A DNA stretch of 53,556 bases from an uncultured Actinomycetes bacterium (GTDB lineage: Bacteria; Actinomycetota; Thermoleophilia; UBA2241): contig CAVWIH010000016.1 in the NCBI GenBank assembly GCA_963755025.1, forward strand, positions 1 to 53,556, given 5' to 3'. The notes beneath the pieces are model-generated. The model did no database searches, was not told where the DNA came from, and saw nothing but the letters and a program-made list of their open reading frames with translations. The first letter of the stretch is position 1; each line of letters opens with the position of its first letter. Shown here in pieces: positions 1-9,899 of this stretch. The translations under genes and the position numbers were made by a program.

Positions 1-76
1 TGGAGCCGACGCTCGGAATCGAACCGAGGACCCCATCATTACGAGTGATGTGCTTTTCCAGCTGAGCTACGTCGGC
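1..76 (-). tRNA. tRNA-Thr(CGT)
   Basis: Reverse complement GCCGACGTAGCTCAGCTGG...CATCA-CT-CGT-AA-TGATG...GGTTCGATTCC...CGTCGGCTCCA folds as a cloverleaf with encoded CCA. Confidence 0.95.
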
Positions 77-455
77 CCACGAGTGGACGTCGCCAGATTG
101 TAGGCTACCGGGGCGGGTCGTGCCAAATCGCGCGCCGACGCGTCGCGGCGCCGCGTCGCGCTCACGGGGACCCCGCGACAAAGCGCCGCCTTCGCGCTCT
201 CGTGGACCGCGCGGCAAAGGGCCGGCTTCGCGGGCCGCGGCGGGCCCGCCGCGGCGCCGTCTCGGGCGCACCGGTCCCCGTCGCGCCACGCCCTCGCCGC
301 GCCCTCGCCACGGGCCCGCGCGCCACCCTCGCCAGCGGGCCACAAAGGCCCTCTACGCAGGCACAACTTTGTACAGCGCGGCCCGCTCGCCGCAGGGTGT
401 TTCTGTGCTAGGTTGCAGGGCAAGGCGCCGGGCTCTATTGTCGCTCTCAGGGCGC

Positions 456-506
456 TTGTGACAAAAGAAACAAGTGTTGCCCGATTATGGGGCTGAGAGC
501 TACACT
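456..506 (+). promoter_or_regulatory. Putative hdr-flx promoter with an upstream imperfect palindrome (Rex/CRP-like)
   Basis: TTGCCC(477-482)-18 bp-TACACT(501-506); TTGTGACAAAAGAAACAA at 456-473 partly matches Rex TTGTGAA-N4-TTCACAA. Confidence 0.4.
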
Positions 507-604
507 AGTAGCCGCAGACCTTGTTTGGGGCGAGCGCTACGCCAAGGCTGGCTCGCCATCCCGTATCGGGGCCTCTGGGCCCCCCGATCGGAAAGGCAGG
601 CACC

Positions 605-1234
605 ACGAGCACCTCGACCGAACGCAGCACCAAGGCTCCGGAGACCCTCGCCTCGTACATTCGCCGCACGACCGCCATCAACGTGGCGCGTTGCTACCAG
701 TGCGGCAAGTGCTCGGCCGGTTGTCCGATGGGCGGCGAGATGAAACTGCCGCCGCACGACCTCATGCGGTACGCCATCGCCGGCGACCGCGAACGCCTCT
801 TCAACGACGACTCCCTCTGGCTGTGCCTCACCTGCGAGACCTGCAGCGCGCGCTGTCCCAACGACGTCGACCCGGCGCGCGTGATCGACGCGCTGCGCGA
901 GCTCGCCGCCCTCGAAGGCGCCGGTCACGGCCCGCGCAACGTCGCCGCCTTCCACAAGTCGTTCCTCGAGCAGATCCGCATGACCGGCCGCCTCTCCGAG
1001 GTCGGCCTCATCATGCAGTACAAGATGCGCAGCGGGGCCCTGTTCCAGGACGTCGCCGTCGTGCCTTCCATGCTCGAACGCGGCAAGCTGCCGCTCGTGC
1101 CCAGCCGCATCAGGGGGCACGCCGAGATCAAGAGCATCATGGCCGCCTGCGCCCGCGAGCAGGAGCTCGCCGCGGCGGCGCTCGCCGGCACTGCCGATCC
1201 CGCCCCCGACGCCGACAGCGAGGTCGCGCCATGA
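605..1234 (+). CDS. hdrC: Heterodisulfide reductase subunit C-like, 2x[4Fe-4S]
   Basis: CYQCGKCSAGCP and CLTCETCSARCP motifs. Start uncertain: the RBS GAAAGG precedes an in-frame ACG at 605. Confidence 0.88.
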   Translation, partial: TSTSTERSTKAPETLASYIRRTTAINVARCYQCGKCSAGCPMGGEMKLPPHDLMRYAIAGDRERLFNDDSLWLCLTCETCSARCPNDVDPARVIDALRELAALEGAGHGPRNVAAFHKSFLEQIRMTGRLSEVGLIMQYKMRSGALFQDVAVVPSMLERGKLPLVPSRIRGHAEIKSIMAACAREQELAAAALAGTADPAPDADSEVAP

Positions 1235-2204
1235 CGCTCGCCTACTACCCGGGTTGCTCCATGCACGGCACCTCTCGCGAGTACGACGAGAGCCTGCGCG
1301 CCGTGGCGGCCACCCTCGAGATCGAACTGCGCGAGGTCGACGACTGGAGCTGCTGCGGAGCAAGCTCGGCGCACATCGCCGACCACCTGCTCGGCCGTGG
1401 CCCTGCCGGCCCGCAACCTGGCGCTCGCCGAAGCCCAGGGGGCCGACGAAGTCCTGGCGCCCTGCGCGGCCTGTTACAACCGCCTCTCGGGCGCCGCGCA
1501 CGCGGTCGCCGAACGAGCCCGGCCTGGCCACCAAGGTGCCCGAGGTCCTGGGCCGCCCGTTCGCCAACTCCGTGCAGGTCACGAGCATCGTCGAACTGCT
1601 GCAGGGCCTCGCGCCCGTCATCGAAGAGCGCATCGGCCGGCTCGACCGGCGGCGCTGGCGCGGCAACCCGCTCGAGCAGCTGAACATCGCCTCGTACTGG
1701 GGCTGCCTGCTGGTCCGTCCGGCCGCCACCACCGGCTTCGACGACGCCGAGCAGCCCAGCGGCATGGACGACGTCGTGCGCGCCTGCGGGGCCAACCCCG
1801 TCAAGTGGAACATGGCCGTCGAGTGCTGCGGCGGGGCCTTCTCGGTGTCGCGCACCAGCTCGGTGCTGCGCCTCAGCCGGGCGATCATCGACGACGCCCG
1901 CGCCAGTGGCGCCGACGCCATCCTGGCCGCCTGCCCCATGTGCCACGGCAACCTCGACTTCCGGCAGAGCGCCATGAACCTCGACCCGCCCATGCCGGTG
2001 CTCTACATCACGCAGCTGGTCGGGCTGGCCCTGGGCCTGCCCCCCGAAAAGCTGGGCTTCGCGCGACACTTCGTCGACACGCAGCCGCTCTTCACCAAGC
2101 TCGCCCAAAAGGCCGACGCGGCCGCCGCCGAGGCCGCCGAAGCGGCCGCGGCCAAGGCCGCCAAAGCCGCCGCCAAGACCGCCGCGAAAGCGGGTGTGTC
2201 ATGA
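1231..2204 (+). CDS. hdrB: Heterodisulfide reductase subunit B (CCG domains); two apparent frameshifts near 1395 and 1510
   Basis: MTLAYYPGCS...WSCCGAS, PCAACYNRL, YWGCLLVRP, ECCGG and ACPMCHGNLD are spread over three frames. Confidence 0.88.
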
Positions 2205-4225
2205 GCCGCATCGGGGTCTTCGTCTGTCACTGCGGCGAGAACATCGGGCGCACCGTCGACTGCGCCGCGGTCGCCGACGCGCTCCGCGAGCACCCCGGCG
2301 TGGCGCACGCCGAAGACTACAAGTACATGTGCTCCGACCCCGGCCAGCAGCTCATCAAAAAGGCCATCGCCGACAACGAGCTCACCGGCATCGTGGTCTG
2401 CGCCTGTTCTCCTCACATGCACGAAAAGACCTTCCGCCGCGCGGCCGAACAGGCGGGCATCAACCCCTTCCTGGTCGAAATGGCCAACGTGCGCGAGCAC
2501 TGCTCCTGGATCCACGAAGACCGCGAGCAGGCGACCGCCAAGGCGATCGACATAGGCCGCACCATCGTCGAGAAGGTCAAGCACAACAAGCCGCTCGAGA
2601 CCATCCGCATCCCGGTGACCAAGCGCGCCCTCGTCATCGGCGGCGGCATCGCCGGCATCCAGGCGGCGCTCGACATCGCCGACGGCGGTCACGACGTGGT
2701 GCTCATCGAAAAAGACGCCTCGATCGGCGGCCACATGAGCCAGCTCTCCGAGACGTTCCCCACGCTCGACTGCTCGCAGTGCATCCTCACTCCGCGCATG
2801 GTCGAGGCCTACCAGCACCCACGCATCAAGCTCCATACCTGGAGCGAGGTCGAAAAGGTCGACGGCTACATCGGCAACTTCACCGTCACCATCCGCAAGA
2901 AGGCGCGGTCGGTCAACGAAGACCTCTGCAACGGCTGCGGCGACTGTCAGGCCGCCTGCCCGAGCCGCAAGATCCCCAGCGAGTTCGACGCCAAGCTGGG
3001 CAAGCGCACCGCCATCTACGTGCCCTTCCCGCAGGCGGTGCCCAACATCCCGGTGCTCGACCGCGAGAACTGCACGCTCTTCAAGGGTCGTCGCAAGGGT
3101 CTCGCCAAAGACGCCTGCGGCAAGTGCAAAGAGGCCTGCCTCAAGGGCGCCATCGACTACGACCGCGACGACACCTTCGTCACCGAAGAGGTCGGCGCCA
3201 TCGTGGTGGCCACGGGCTTCCAGCTCTACGACATCGGCCGCGAGCAGCCCGCCGGCCTCAAGGGCTACGGCGAGTACGGCTACGGCGAGGTGGCCGACGT
3301 CATCGACGGCATGCAGTTCGAGCGCCTCGCCAGCGCGTCGGGCCCCACCGGCGGCGCGATGTTGCGGCCCTCCGACGGCACCGAGCCCAAGACGGTCGTG
3401 TTCGTGGCCTGCGTAGGCTCGCGCGACCCCGAAAAGGGCATCTCGTACTGCTCCAAGATCTGCTGCATGTACACCGCCAAGCACACCATGCTCTACCGGC
3501 ACAAGGTGCACGACGGACGCACGGTGGTCTTCTACATGGACGTCCGCGCGGCCGGCAAGGGCTACGACGAGTTCTCGCGGCGCGCCATCGAAGAAGACGG
3601 CGCCGAATACATCCGCGGGCGCGTCAGCCGCATCTTCCGCGACGGCGAAAAGGTCAAGGTCTGGGGCTACGACACCCTCAGCAACCGCCAGGTCGAAGTC
3701 GCAGCCGACATGGTCGTGCTGGCCACGGCGGTGCGCCCCCAGCCGGGCATCAGCGAGCTCGCCCAGAAGCTCTCGGTGAGCTACGACCAGGACGGCTTCT
3801 TGAACGAGGCGCACCCCAAGCTGCGCCCCGTCGAGACCAACACCGCCGGCGTCTACCTGGCCGGCGCCTGCCAGGCCCCGCGCGACATTCCCGAGTCGGT
3901 GGCCATGGCCAGCGCCACGGCCGCCAAGGTGCTTGGCCTGTTCAGCGCCGACGAGCTCGAACGCGACCCGTCGGTCGCCAAGGTCAACGAGCGCACCTGC
4001 ATCGGCTGCTTCAACTGCGAGCGCGTCTGTCCGTACGGCGCCATCGAGCATCGCGACGTGTGCGACGTCGACGGCCACGTCTGTGGCCACGTCGCTTACG
4101 TCAACCCCGGCGTCTGTCAGGGGTGTGGCACCTGTGTCGCGGTCTGTCCCAGCAAGAGCGTCGAGCTGGCCAACTTCACCGACGACCAGATCTACTCAGA
4201 GATCAACGCACTGGCGGGGTGGTAA
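2201..4225 (+). CDS. hdrA: Heterodisulfide reductase subunit A (FAD, Fe-S; electron-bifurcating)
   Basis: MSRIGVFVCHCGENI, VIGGGIAGIQAAL, TFPTLDCSQCILTP, YCSKICCMY and C-terminal ferredoxin motifs. Confidence 0.95.
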   Translation: MSRIGVFVCHCGENIGRTVDCAAVADALREHPGVAHAEDYKYMCSDPGQQLIKKAIADNELTGIVVCACSPHMHEKTFRRAAEQAGINPFLVEMANVREHCSWIHEDREQATAKAIDIGRTIVEKVKHNKPLETIRIPVTKRALVIGGGIAGIQAALDIADGGHDVVLIEKDASIGGHMSQLSETFPTLDCSQCILTPRMVEAYQHPRIKLHTWSEVEKVDGYIGNFTVTIRKKARSVNEDLCNGCGDCQAACPSRKIPSEFDAKLGKRTAIYVPFPQAVPNIPVLDRENCTLFKGRRKGLAKDACGKCKEACLKGAIDYDRDDTFVTEEVGAIVVATGFQLYDIGREQPAGLKGYGEYGYGEVADVIDGMQFERLASASGPTGGAMLRPSDGTEPKTVVFVACVGSRDPEKGISYCSKICCMYTAKHTMLYRHKVHDGRTVVFYMDVRAAGKGYDEFSRRAIEEDGAEYIRGRVSRIFRDGEKVKVWGYDTLSNRQVEVAADMVVLATAVRPQPGISELAQKLSVSYDQDGFLNEAHPKLRPVETNTAGVYLAGACQAPRDIPESVAMASATAAKVLGLFSADELERDPSVAKVNERTCIGCFNCERVCPYGAIEHRDVCDVDGHVCGHVAYVNPGVCQGCGTCVAVCPSKSVELANFTDDQIYSEINALAGW

Positions 4226-4227
4226 TC

Positions 4228-4752
4228 GTGGCCGACTTCGAACCGCGCATCACCGCTTTCGTGTGCAACTGGTGCACCTACACCGGGGCCGACCTGGCCG
4301 GCACCAGCCGTCTGCACATGGCGAGCAACGTGCGCATCATCCGCCTCCCCTGCACGGGGCGCATCGACCATATGTTCATCGTCAAGGCCTTCGAGCGGGG
4401 CGCCGACGGCGTGATCGTCAGCGGCTGCCATCCGGCCGACTGCCACTACACGGCCGGCAACTACCACGCCCGGCGGCGCTTCGGCGTGTTCCGCGAGCTG
4501 CTCTCGTTCCTGGGCATCGACCCCAAGCGCGTCACCTTCTCGTGGGTCTCGGCCTCCGAGGGCGGCAAGTGGGCCGACGTCGTGAACGGCACGGTCGAGC
4601 GCGTGCGCGCCATGGGCCCGTTCGACTCCTACCACGGTCTGGTCGGCGCGGCTTCGCCGGCCGACGACCCGTTCGCTTCCTTCGAACCGCCCGCCGGGGC
4701 GACCGGCGACTCGCCCGCCGCGCCGGCCTCTCACACCGGGGGCGCGTCGTGA
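4228..4752 (+). CDS. flxD: MvhD/FlxD [2Fe-2S] subunit
   Basis: FVCNWCTYTGADLAG, RLPCTGRID, SGCHPADCHY, WVSASEG. Confidence 0.9.
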   Translation: MADFEPRITAFVCNWCTYTGADLAGTSRLHMASNVRIIRLPCTGRIDHMFIVKAFERGADGVIVSGCHPADCHYTAGNYHARRRFGVFRELLSFLGIDPKRVTFSWVSASEGGKWADVVNGTVERVRAMGPFDSYHGLVGAASPADDPFASFEPPAGATGDSPAAPASHTGGAS

Positions 4753-5627
4753 CTGAACTGCAAGACACCGCCCGGCGCCTGCTCGACGAAGGCGAAGTCC
4801 AGGTCGTCATCGGCTGGGAAGAAGGCCGGCGCGGCGTGCGCCCCGTCTTCGTCACCAGCGCCGCCGACTGCGACCGCCTCGTCTTCGACACGCGCTGCGT
4901 GCACAACCTGGCCACCTTCCTCAACCCCCGTCGCTCGCAGGTCGCGGGCCTCGGCAAGGCCGCCGTCGTGGTCAAGGGCTGCGACGCAAAAGCGGTCGCC
5001 GGCCTGCTGCGCGAGGCGCAGATCGAGCGCGACGGCGTCGTGCTCATCGGCGTGCGCTGCGGCGGCGTGGTCGGCAGCCCGGCCGCGGCCCAGGCCCCGG
5101 CGCTCACCGCCGAGACCGTCGCCTCGCGCTGCTTCGCCTGCGACGTGCGCGAGCCCGCCCTGGCCGACGTGCTGATCGGCGACGCCCAGCCCGAACCGCC
5201 GGGCAGCGACGCCCTCGACGAGCGCATAGCCGCGCTCGACGCCCTGGGCCCCGACGAGCGCTTCGCCTTCTGGACCAACGAGCTCTCGCGCTGCACCCAG
5301 TGCTACGCCTGCCGTCAGGCCTGCCCGCTGTGCTACTGCGAGCGCTGCATCGTCGAGAAGACCGAACCGCAGTGGATCGAGACCTCGCCGCACCCGCGCG
5401 GCAACTTCGCCTGGCACCTCACCCGCGCCCAGCACCTCGCCGGCCGTTGTGTCGGCTGCGGCGAGTGCGAGCGCGCCTGTCCGGTCGGCATACCCTTGGC
5501 GCTCATCAACCGCAAGCTCCAGCAGGTCGTCCTCGAACTCTACGACTACACCGTCACCGACGACCCCGCGGTGCCAGCGCCCATCGGTGCCTACGCCACC
5601 GACGACACTCAGGACTTCATCAAATGA
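4749..5627 (+). CDS. flxC: 4Fe-4S dicluster protein (FlxC-like)
   Basis: CTQCYACRQACPLCYC and CVGCGECERACP; lies between flxD and flxB. Confidence 0.8.
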   Translation: MTELQDTARRLLDEGEVQVVIGWEEGRRGVRPVFVTSAADCDRLVFDTRCVHNLATFLNPRRSQVAGLGKAAVVVKGCDAKAVAGLLREAQIERDGVVLIGVRCGGVVGSPAAAQAPALTAETVASRCFACDVREPALADVLIGDAQPEPPGSDALDERIAALDALGPDERFAFWTNELSRCTQCYACRQACPLCYCERCIVEKTEPQWIETSPHPRGNFAWHLTRAQHLAGRCVGCGECERACPVGIPLALINRKLQQVVLELYDYTVTDDPAVPAPIGAYATDDTQDFIK

Positions 5628-6781
5628 GCGACACGAAAAAGAAGAAGAGCGCCCCGACGGCGACCGACGCGGCCGCGCCGGCCGCGCTGGGCGAAGCCCG
5701 CTACCTCACAAGCGAAGCCCTCGGCCGGCTGGTCGAAGGCTTAGCTGCTGCCGGCACACCGGCGGTGGCGCCGGCGTGGGCCGGCGATGCCGGCCGCGCC
5801 GCCGGCGGCTCCGGCGACGCCCCCGAGACCGAGTACCGTGTCGTCACCGGCGCGGCCGAGCTCGCCCTCGGCGAGCGGCTGCCGCGCCTCTCCCTCAAGC
5901 AGTTCTTCCTGCCGCCCACCGAGGTCCTGTTCTCCTACAAGCGCAACGGCGCCGACATCGTTCTCACCCCCGCTCAGGCTGCGCACGACCAGGTCGTGCT
6001 CGGCGCGCGGCCGTGCGACGTCGCCGCCCTGCCGATCGTCGACAAGGTCATGAACTGGGACTACGCCGACGAACTGTGGAACGCGCGGCGCGCGGCGACC
6101 ACCGTGTTCAGCCTGGCCTGCAAGGTCGAAGACGACTCCTGCTTCTGCAGCGCCGTCTTCCTCGAGCCGGCCGCCCTCAAGGGCTCCGACGGCCGGCTCA
6201 CGCCGGTCGACGGCGGCTACCTGGTCGAGGCCTTCACCGACAAAGGCGCGGCCTTCGTGGCCGCCCACGCCGACGCCTTCGCCGACCTGCCCGACGCCGC
6301 GGCCAGCGGCGCCCAGGCCGAATCGTTCCGGGCCGCGGCCCGCGAGCGGGTCGCCGGCAACCTGCAGGTCGACCACGGTCGCCTGCGCGACTGGCTCGAC
6401 CATCACTTCGACGATCCCTTCTGGGCCAACCTCGGACCGCGCTGCAACGGTTGCGGCGTGTGCGCCTCGGTGTGCCCCACGTGCCACTGCTTCGACATCG
6501 TCGACGAGCCCGAAAGCGTGGGCAGCGGCGTGCGCCGCCGCAACTGGGACACCTGCCAGACCTGCGTGTTCACGCTGCACGCCTCGGGGCACAACCCCCG
6601 CGGCGACCAGAACGCGCGCTATCGTCAGCGCATCGAGCACAAGTTCCTCGCCTATCCGCTCAAGTTCGGCGACGTGCTGTGCACCGGCTGCGGCCGCTGC
6701 TCGCGCGCCTGCCCGACCGGTCAGGACATGGCCGAGATCCTGACCGCAATCGACGCTCGCGCCGCCGAGGATGCCTCATGA
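5624..6781 (+). CDS. flxB: 4Fe-4S dicluster protein (FlxB/AsrA-like)
   Basis: GARPCD, CFC, CNGCGVCASVCPTCHCF, RRRNWDTC, CTGCGRCSRACP. Confidence 0.82.
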   Translation: MSDTKKKKSAPTATDAAAPAALGEARYLTSEALGRLVEGLAAAGTPAVAPAWAGDAGRAAGGSGDAPETEYRVVTGAAELALGERLPRLSLKQFFLPPTEVLFSYKRNGADIVLTPAQAAHDQVVLGARPCDVAALPIVDKVMNWDYADELWNARRAATTVFSLACKVEDDSCFCSAVFLEPAALKGSDGRLTPVDGGYLVEAFTDKGAAFVAAHADAFADLPDAAASGAQAESFRAAARERVAGNLQVDHGRLRDWLDHHFDDPFWANLGPRCNGCGVCASVCPTCHCFDIVDEPESVGSGVRRRNWDTCQTCVFTLHASGHNPRGDQNARYRQRIEHKFLAYPLKFGDVLCTGCGRCSRACPTGQDMAEILTAIDARAAEDAS

Positions 6782-7656
6782 CCGTGACACAGCAGACGCA
6801 AAGCGACAGCCCGGCGCCGCAGGCCGGAAGCATCTACCAGCCCGACCTCGTGGTCGTCGAGTCCATCGTCGACGAAACGCCCGACACGCGCACCTTCCGG
6901 CTGCGCTTCCAAGACGAAGCCAAGGCTGCGAGCTTCGAGTTCCGCGCCGGCCAGTTCGGCGAGTACTCGGTCTTCGGCGCCGGCGAATCCACCTTCTGCA
7001 TCGCCAGCCCGCCCACCCGCAAGGGCTACATCGAGTGCACCGTCAAGGCCGCCGGCAAGGTCACCGGCCAGTTGCGCGAAGTCGACACCGGCGACGTGCT
7101 CGGCTTTCGCGGGCCCTACGGCAACGTCTTCCCGGTCGACGACTGGAAGGGCAAGAACATGGTCTTCATCGCCGGCGGCATCGGCTTGGCGCCGGTGCGC
7201 TGCGTCATCTGGAACGTGCTCGACCTGCGCGACCAGTACGGCGACGTCACCATCGTCTACGGCGCGCGCAGCGTGTCCGACCTCGTCTACAAACGCGAGC
7301 TCGAAGAGTGGGCGGCGCGCTCCGACGTCAAGCTCGTCACGACCGTCGACCCCGGCGGCGAGACGCCCGACTGGACCGGCGAGGTGGGCTACGTCACGCC
7401 GGTCGTCGAACAAACGGCGCCGAGCCCCGACAACGCCATCGCCGTGCTCTGCGGACCGCCCATCGTGGTCAAGCTCACGTTGCCCGTGCTCGCTCGCCTG
7501 GGCTTCGCCGACGACGCCATCTTCACCACCCTCGAGAACCGCATGAAGTGCGGCGTCGGCAAATGCGGGCGCTGCAACATCGGCTCGGTCTACGTGTGCA
7601 AAGACGGTCCCGTGTTCACCGCGGCGCAGATCGCCACACTGCCCCAGGAGTTTTAG
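6778..7656 (+). CDS. flxA: FAD/NAD-binding oxidoreductase (FlxA/AsrB-like)
   Basis: FRAGQF, RGPYGN, IAGGIGLAP, LENRMKCGVGKCGRCNIG...VCKDGPVF. Confidence 0.88.
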   Translation: MTVTQQTQSDSPAPQAGSIYQPDLVVVESIVDETPDTRTFRLRFQDEAKAASFEFRAGQFGEYSVFGAGESTFCIASPPTRKGYIECTVKAAGKVTGQLREVDTGDVLGFRGPYGNVFPVDDWKGKNMVFIAGGIGLAPVRCVIWNVLDLRDQYGDVTIVYGARSVSDLVYKRELEEWAARSDVKLVTTVDPGGETPDWTGEVGYVTPVVEQTAPSPDNAIAVLCGPPIVVKLTLPVLARLGFADDAIFTTLENRMKCGVGKCGRCNIGSVYVCKDGPVFTAAQIATLPQEF

Positions 7657-7766
7657 CCTTCAACGAGCACGCTCGTGACGGCATCCCTCAGGCCGGCGCG
7701 GTAGCTGCGACACTCGGCGGTCCCCCGGCCGCCGGCGGTCCGCACGCCCCAGTCAGCCTGGCGGTC

Positions 7767-8609
7767 GTGTCGACCCATGGCGTAGCGGCCCTGCGGGCCG
7801 CGTTGCGCGGCGTGCACGAGACGGTCGACCGCGACGTCGAGGTCATCGTGCTGGCCGCCAAGCACGACGACGGCGTGCTCGACTACCTCACCCGCCACTA
7901 CCTGCGCGGCGATGTCGCGGCGGTCGCGCTCGCCGCCTCCGAGAGCGAGATGGCGCATTGCGGCATCGATCTGGCCTTCGGCCTGTCGAGCGGCGCCGTC
8001 GTGGTGCGCCTGCCCGACGACCTGCTGTTCGCGCCGGGCTGGCTTGACGCGGTGGTCGACGTGCTGCAGACCGACTCCGAGATCGGCATGCTCGGGCTGG
8101 TGCTCGACGACGACCCGCCGCGCCGTGGGCGACCGCCCAAGGTGCGCCCGCCACACAAGGTCGAGCGCGTCGACCCGCGCGCCTTCGCCGTCACCCGCGA
8201 GGTGCTGCGCGAGCACGCCGCGGTGCTGCAGGGCGCGCGCTGCGCGTCGGGCTGCCGCTTTCAGGACAGGCTCCAGCAGCTCGGCCTTCACATGGCCTAC
8301 CTGCCCGGGCAGCTCGCCGGTGGGGGCGTGCCCCTCGCCGGGCCTTCGGGCGCCGAGCTCGAGGCCGACCTCGCCTTTCACCCCGGCGAACGCGAGGCCA
8401 TGAGCGCCCTGCGCCAGAGCTACGCGCTGGGCGACGTCGTGGCCGCGCCCTGCGCGCTGTGCGACGACGAGGAGTTCGAGGTGCTCGCCGTGCAGATCGA
8501 TTTCTGCGAGTCGCACGGCGTGCCGATCGGTCACACCTACGCGCTGCGCTGCATCGGCTGCCACGCCCTGCGCGTCGAAGACGACCGCGAGTTTCGCTGC
8601 CCGGCCTGA
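7767..8609 (+). CDS. Hypothetical protein: GT2-like N-terminal fold plus Cys-rich zinc-ribbon C-terminus (start uncertain)
   Basis: Host-like codon usage; VVVRLPDDLLFAPGWLDAVV resembles the GT-A DxD region; CALC...CESH...CIGC at the C-terminus. Confidence 0.55.
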   Translation: MSTHGVAALRAALRGVHETVDRDVEVIVLAAKHDDGVLDYLTRHYLRGDVAAVALAASESEMAHCGIDLAFGLSSGAVVVRLPDDLLFAPGWLDAVVDVLQTDSEIGMLGLVLDDDPPRRGRPPKVRPPHKVERVDPRAFAVTREVLREHAAVLQGARCASGCRFQDRLQQLGLHMAYLPGQLAGGGVPLAGPSGAELEADLAFHPGEREAMSALRQSYALGDVVAAPCALCDDEEFEVLAVQIDFCESHGVPIGHTYALRCIGCHALRVEDDREFRCPA

Positions 8610-8709
8610 CGGGCCGCGCCTCCGCCTGAGAATTCCGTCGTCAGGGCAGGGCACGGAGCCTGCGCCCGAGCCCTACAGGCCGCCCACACCGTGTCCGATA
8701 CCCTTCCTA

Positions 8710-8942
8710 TGACCACGAACGGACACATCGACTACGCGGCCTTCAGGGTCGCCCTCCACGACGTCCGACAGCGCGGCATCGCCCCTCGCATCTGCCTTCC
8801 GTTCGCGGCCCGGCCCGGTCAGATCGTGAACATCGCAGGCGACGAGTACCGGGTGCACGCGGCCGTGACGCACGAGGGCGAGCCGGCGGGCATCCTGCCG
8901 GCCGACGACCAGGTCGCCGGCTACAGGGTCTCGCCAGCCTGA
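8710..8942 (+). CDS. Small hypothetical protein
   Basis: MTTNGHIDYAAF... 77-aa ORF with plausible codon usage. Confidence 0.45.
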
Positions 8943-9889
8943 AGCTCCCGGTAGAGCCGTAAGAGACGGCGCGCCGTGACGGGCAGGCCCTGGGTCTCCG
9001 CCACGGCGCGTCCGGCCACCCGGGGATCGCCGCCGCCGAGCAGCCCCTCGACGTGCGCCGCCCAGGCCGACGGCTCGAAGGGCGCGCACAGACAGCCCTC
9101 GACTCCCGCCAGCAGCGTGGGCGCCACCCCGACCGGCGTGGAGAGCACAGGCACGTCGCAGGCCAGCGCCTCGACGCAGGCGAGGCCGTAGCCCTCGCGC
9201 TCCGAGGTGACGAGCACGGCGTCGGCGGCGTTCAGCCAGAGCGGCATCTCGGCGCGCGGCCTGCCAAAGACGGCGCGCAGCTCGACGTCGGGCCGGGTGA
9301 GCGCCAGGCGCGCGGCCAGCGCGCGGGCGTCGGCGAAGCGCTTTTCGGGGCGGGCCGGGTCGGCCGGAAAGACGAGCAGGCGGCGCGCGGGGCTTGGGTC
9401 GAGGCCCAGCCGGGCGCGCGCTTCGGCGCGGGGGAGAGGCCGGAACGCCGTGAGGTCGGCGCCCGGCGGGATCACCGCGCTCACCGCAAAGGGGCACTGC
9501 GCGGCCAGCTCGGCGGACACGGCCACGACCGCCGCGGCGCGGCGCGCGACCAGGCCGGTGAGGCGCTTGACGACGGGGTGGTGGCAGTCGCGGCCGTGCA
9601 CGGTGAGCACCAGCGGCAGGCGGCGCGGCGTCGCCAGGGCGACCACGCCCGAGAGGCCGTAGTGGGCGTGCACGACGTCGGCCTGCACGCGGGTGAGGCG
9701 TAGTTCGAGGGCGGCCAGGGCGTAGCGCCAGGGGCGCCGCCGCGCGTTCCAGTGAAAGACCTCGACGTCGGCCTCGCCGGTGGCGCGCAGGGCGGCCACC
9801 TGGTCGGCCACGAACACGCCGTACGAGGGTCGAGACGGCGACGGGTACATGTTGGCGACGATCAGCACGCGCAGGCGGTCGGTGGCCAT
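8921..9889 (-). CDS. Glycosyltransferase family 4
   Basis: VLIVANMYP, VVHAHYG, LTVHGRD, SEREGYGLACVEALACDVPV (EX7E motif). Confidence 0.9.
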   Translation of the reverse strand: MATDRLRVLIVANMYPSPSRPSYGVFVADQVAALRATGEADVEVFHWNARRRPWRYALAALELRLTRVQADVVHAHYGLSGVVALATPRRLPLVLTVHGRDCHHPVVKRLTGLVARRAAAVVAVSAELAAQCPFAVSAVIPPGADLTAFRPLPRAEARARLGLDPSPARRLLVFPADPARPEKRFADARALAARLALTRPDVELRAVFGRPRAEMPLWLNAADAVLVTSEREGYGLACVEALACDVPVLSTPVGVAPTLLAGVEGCLCAPFEPSAWAAHVEGLLGGGDPRVAGRAVAETQGLPVTARRLLRLYRELQAGETL

Positions 9890-9899
9890 GTGCGAGAGC

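Noticed and set aside
156-235. Imperfect ~36-bp tandem repeat upstream of tRNA-Thr
   Set aside because: Only about two degenerate copies in extremely GC-rich DNA, with no evident function.
4228-4752. Selenocysteine in HdrA/MvhD
   Set aside because: Both reading frames are open, with Cys codons at the relevant motifs and no in-frame TGA.
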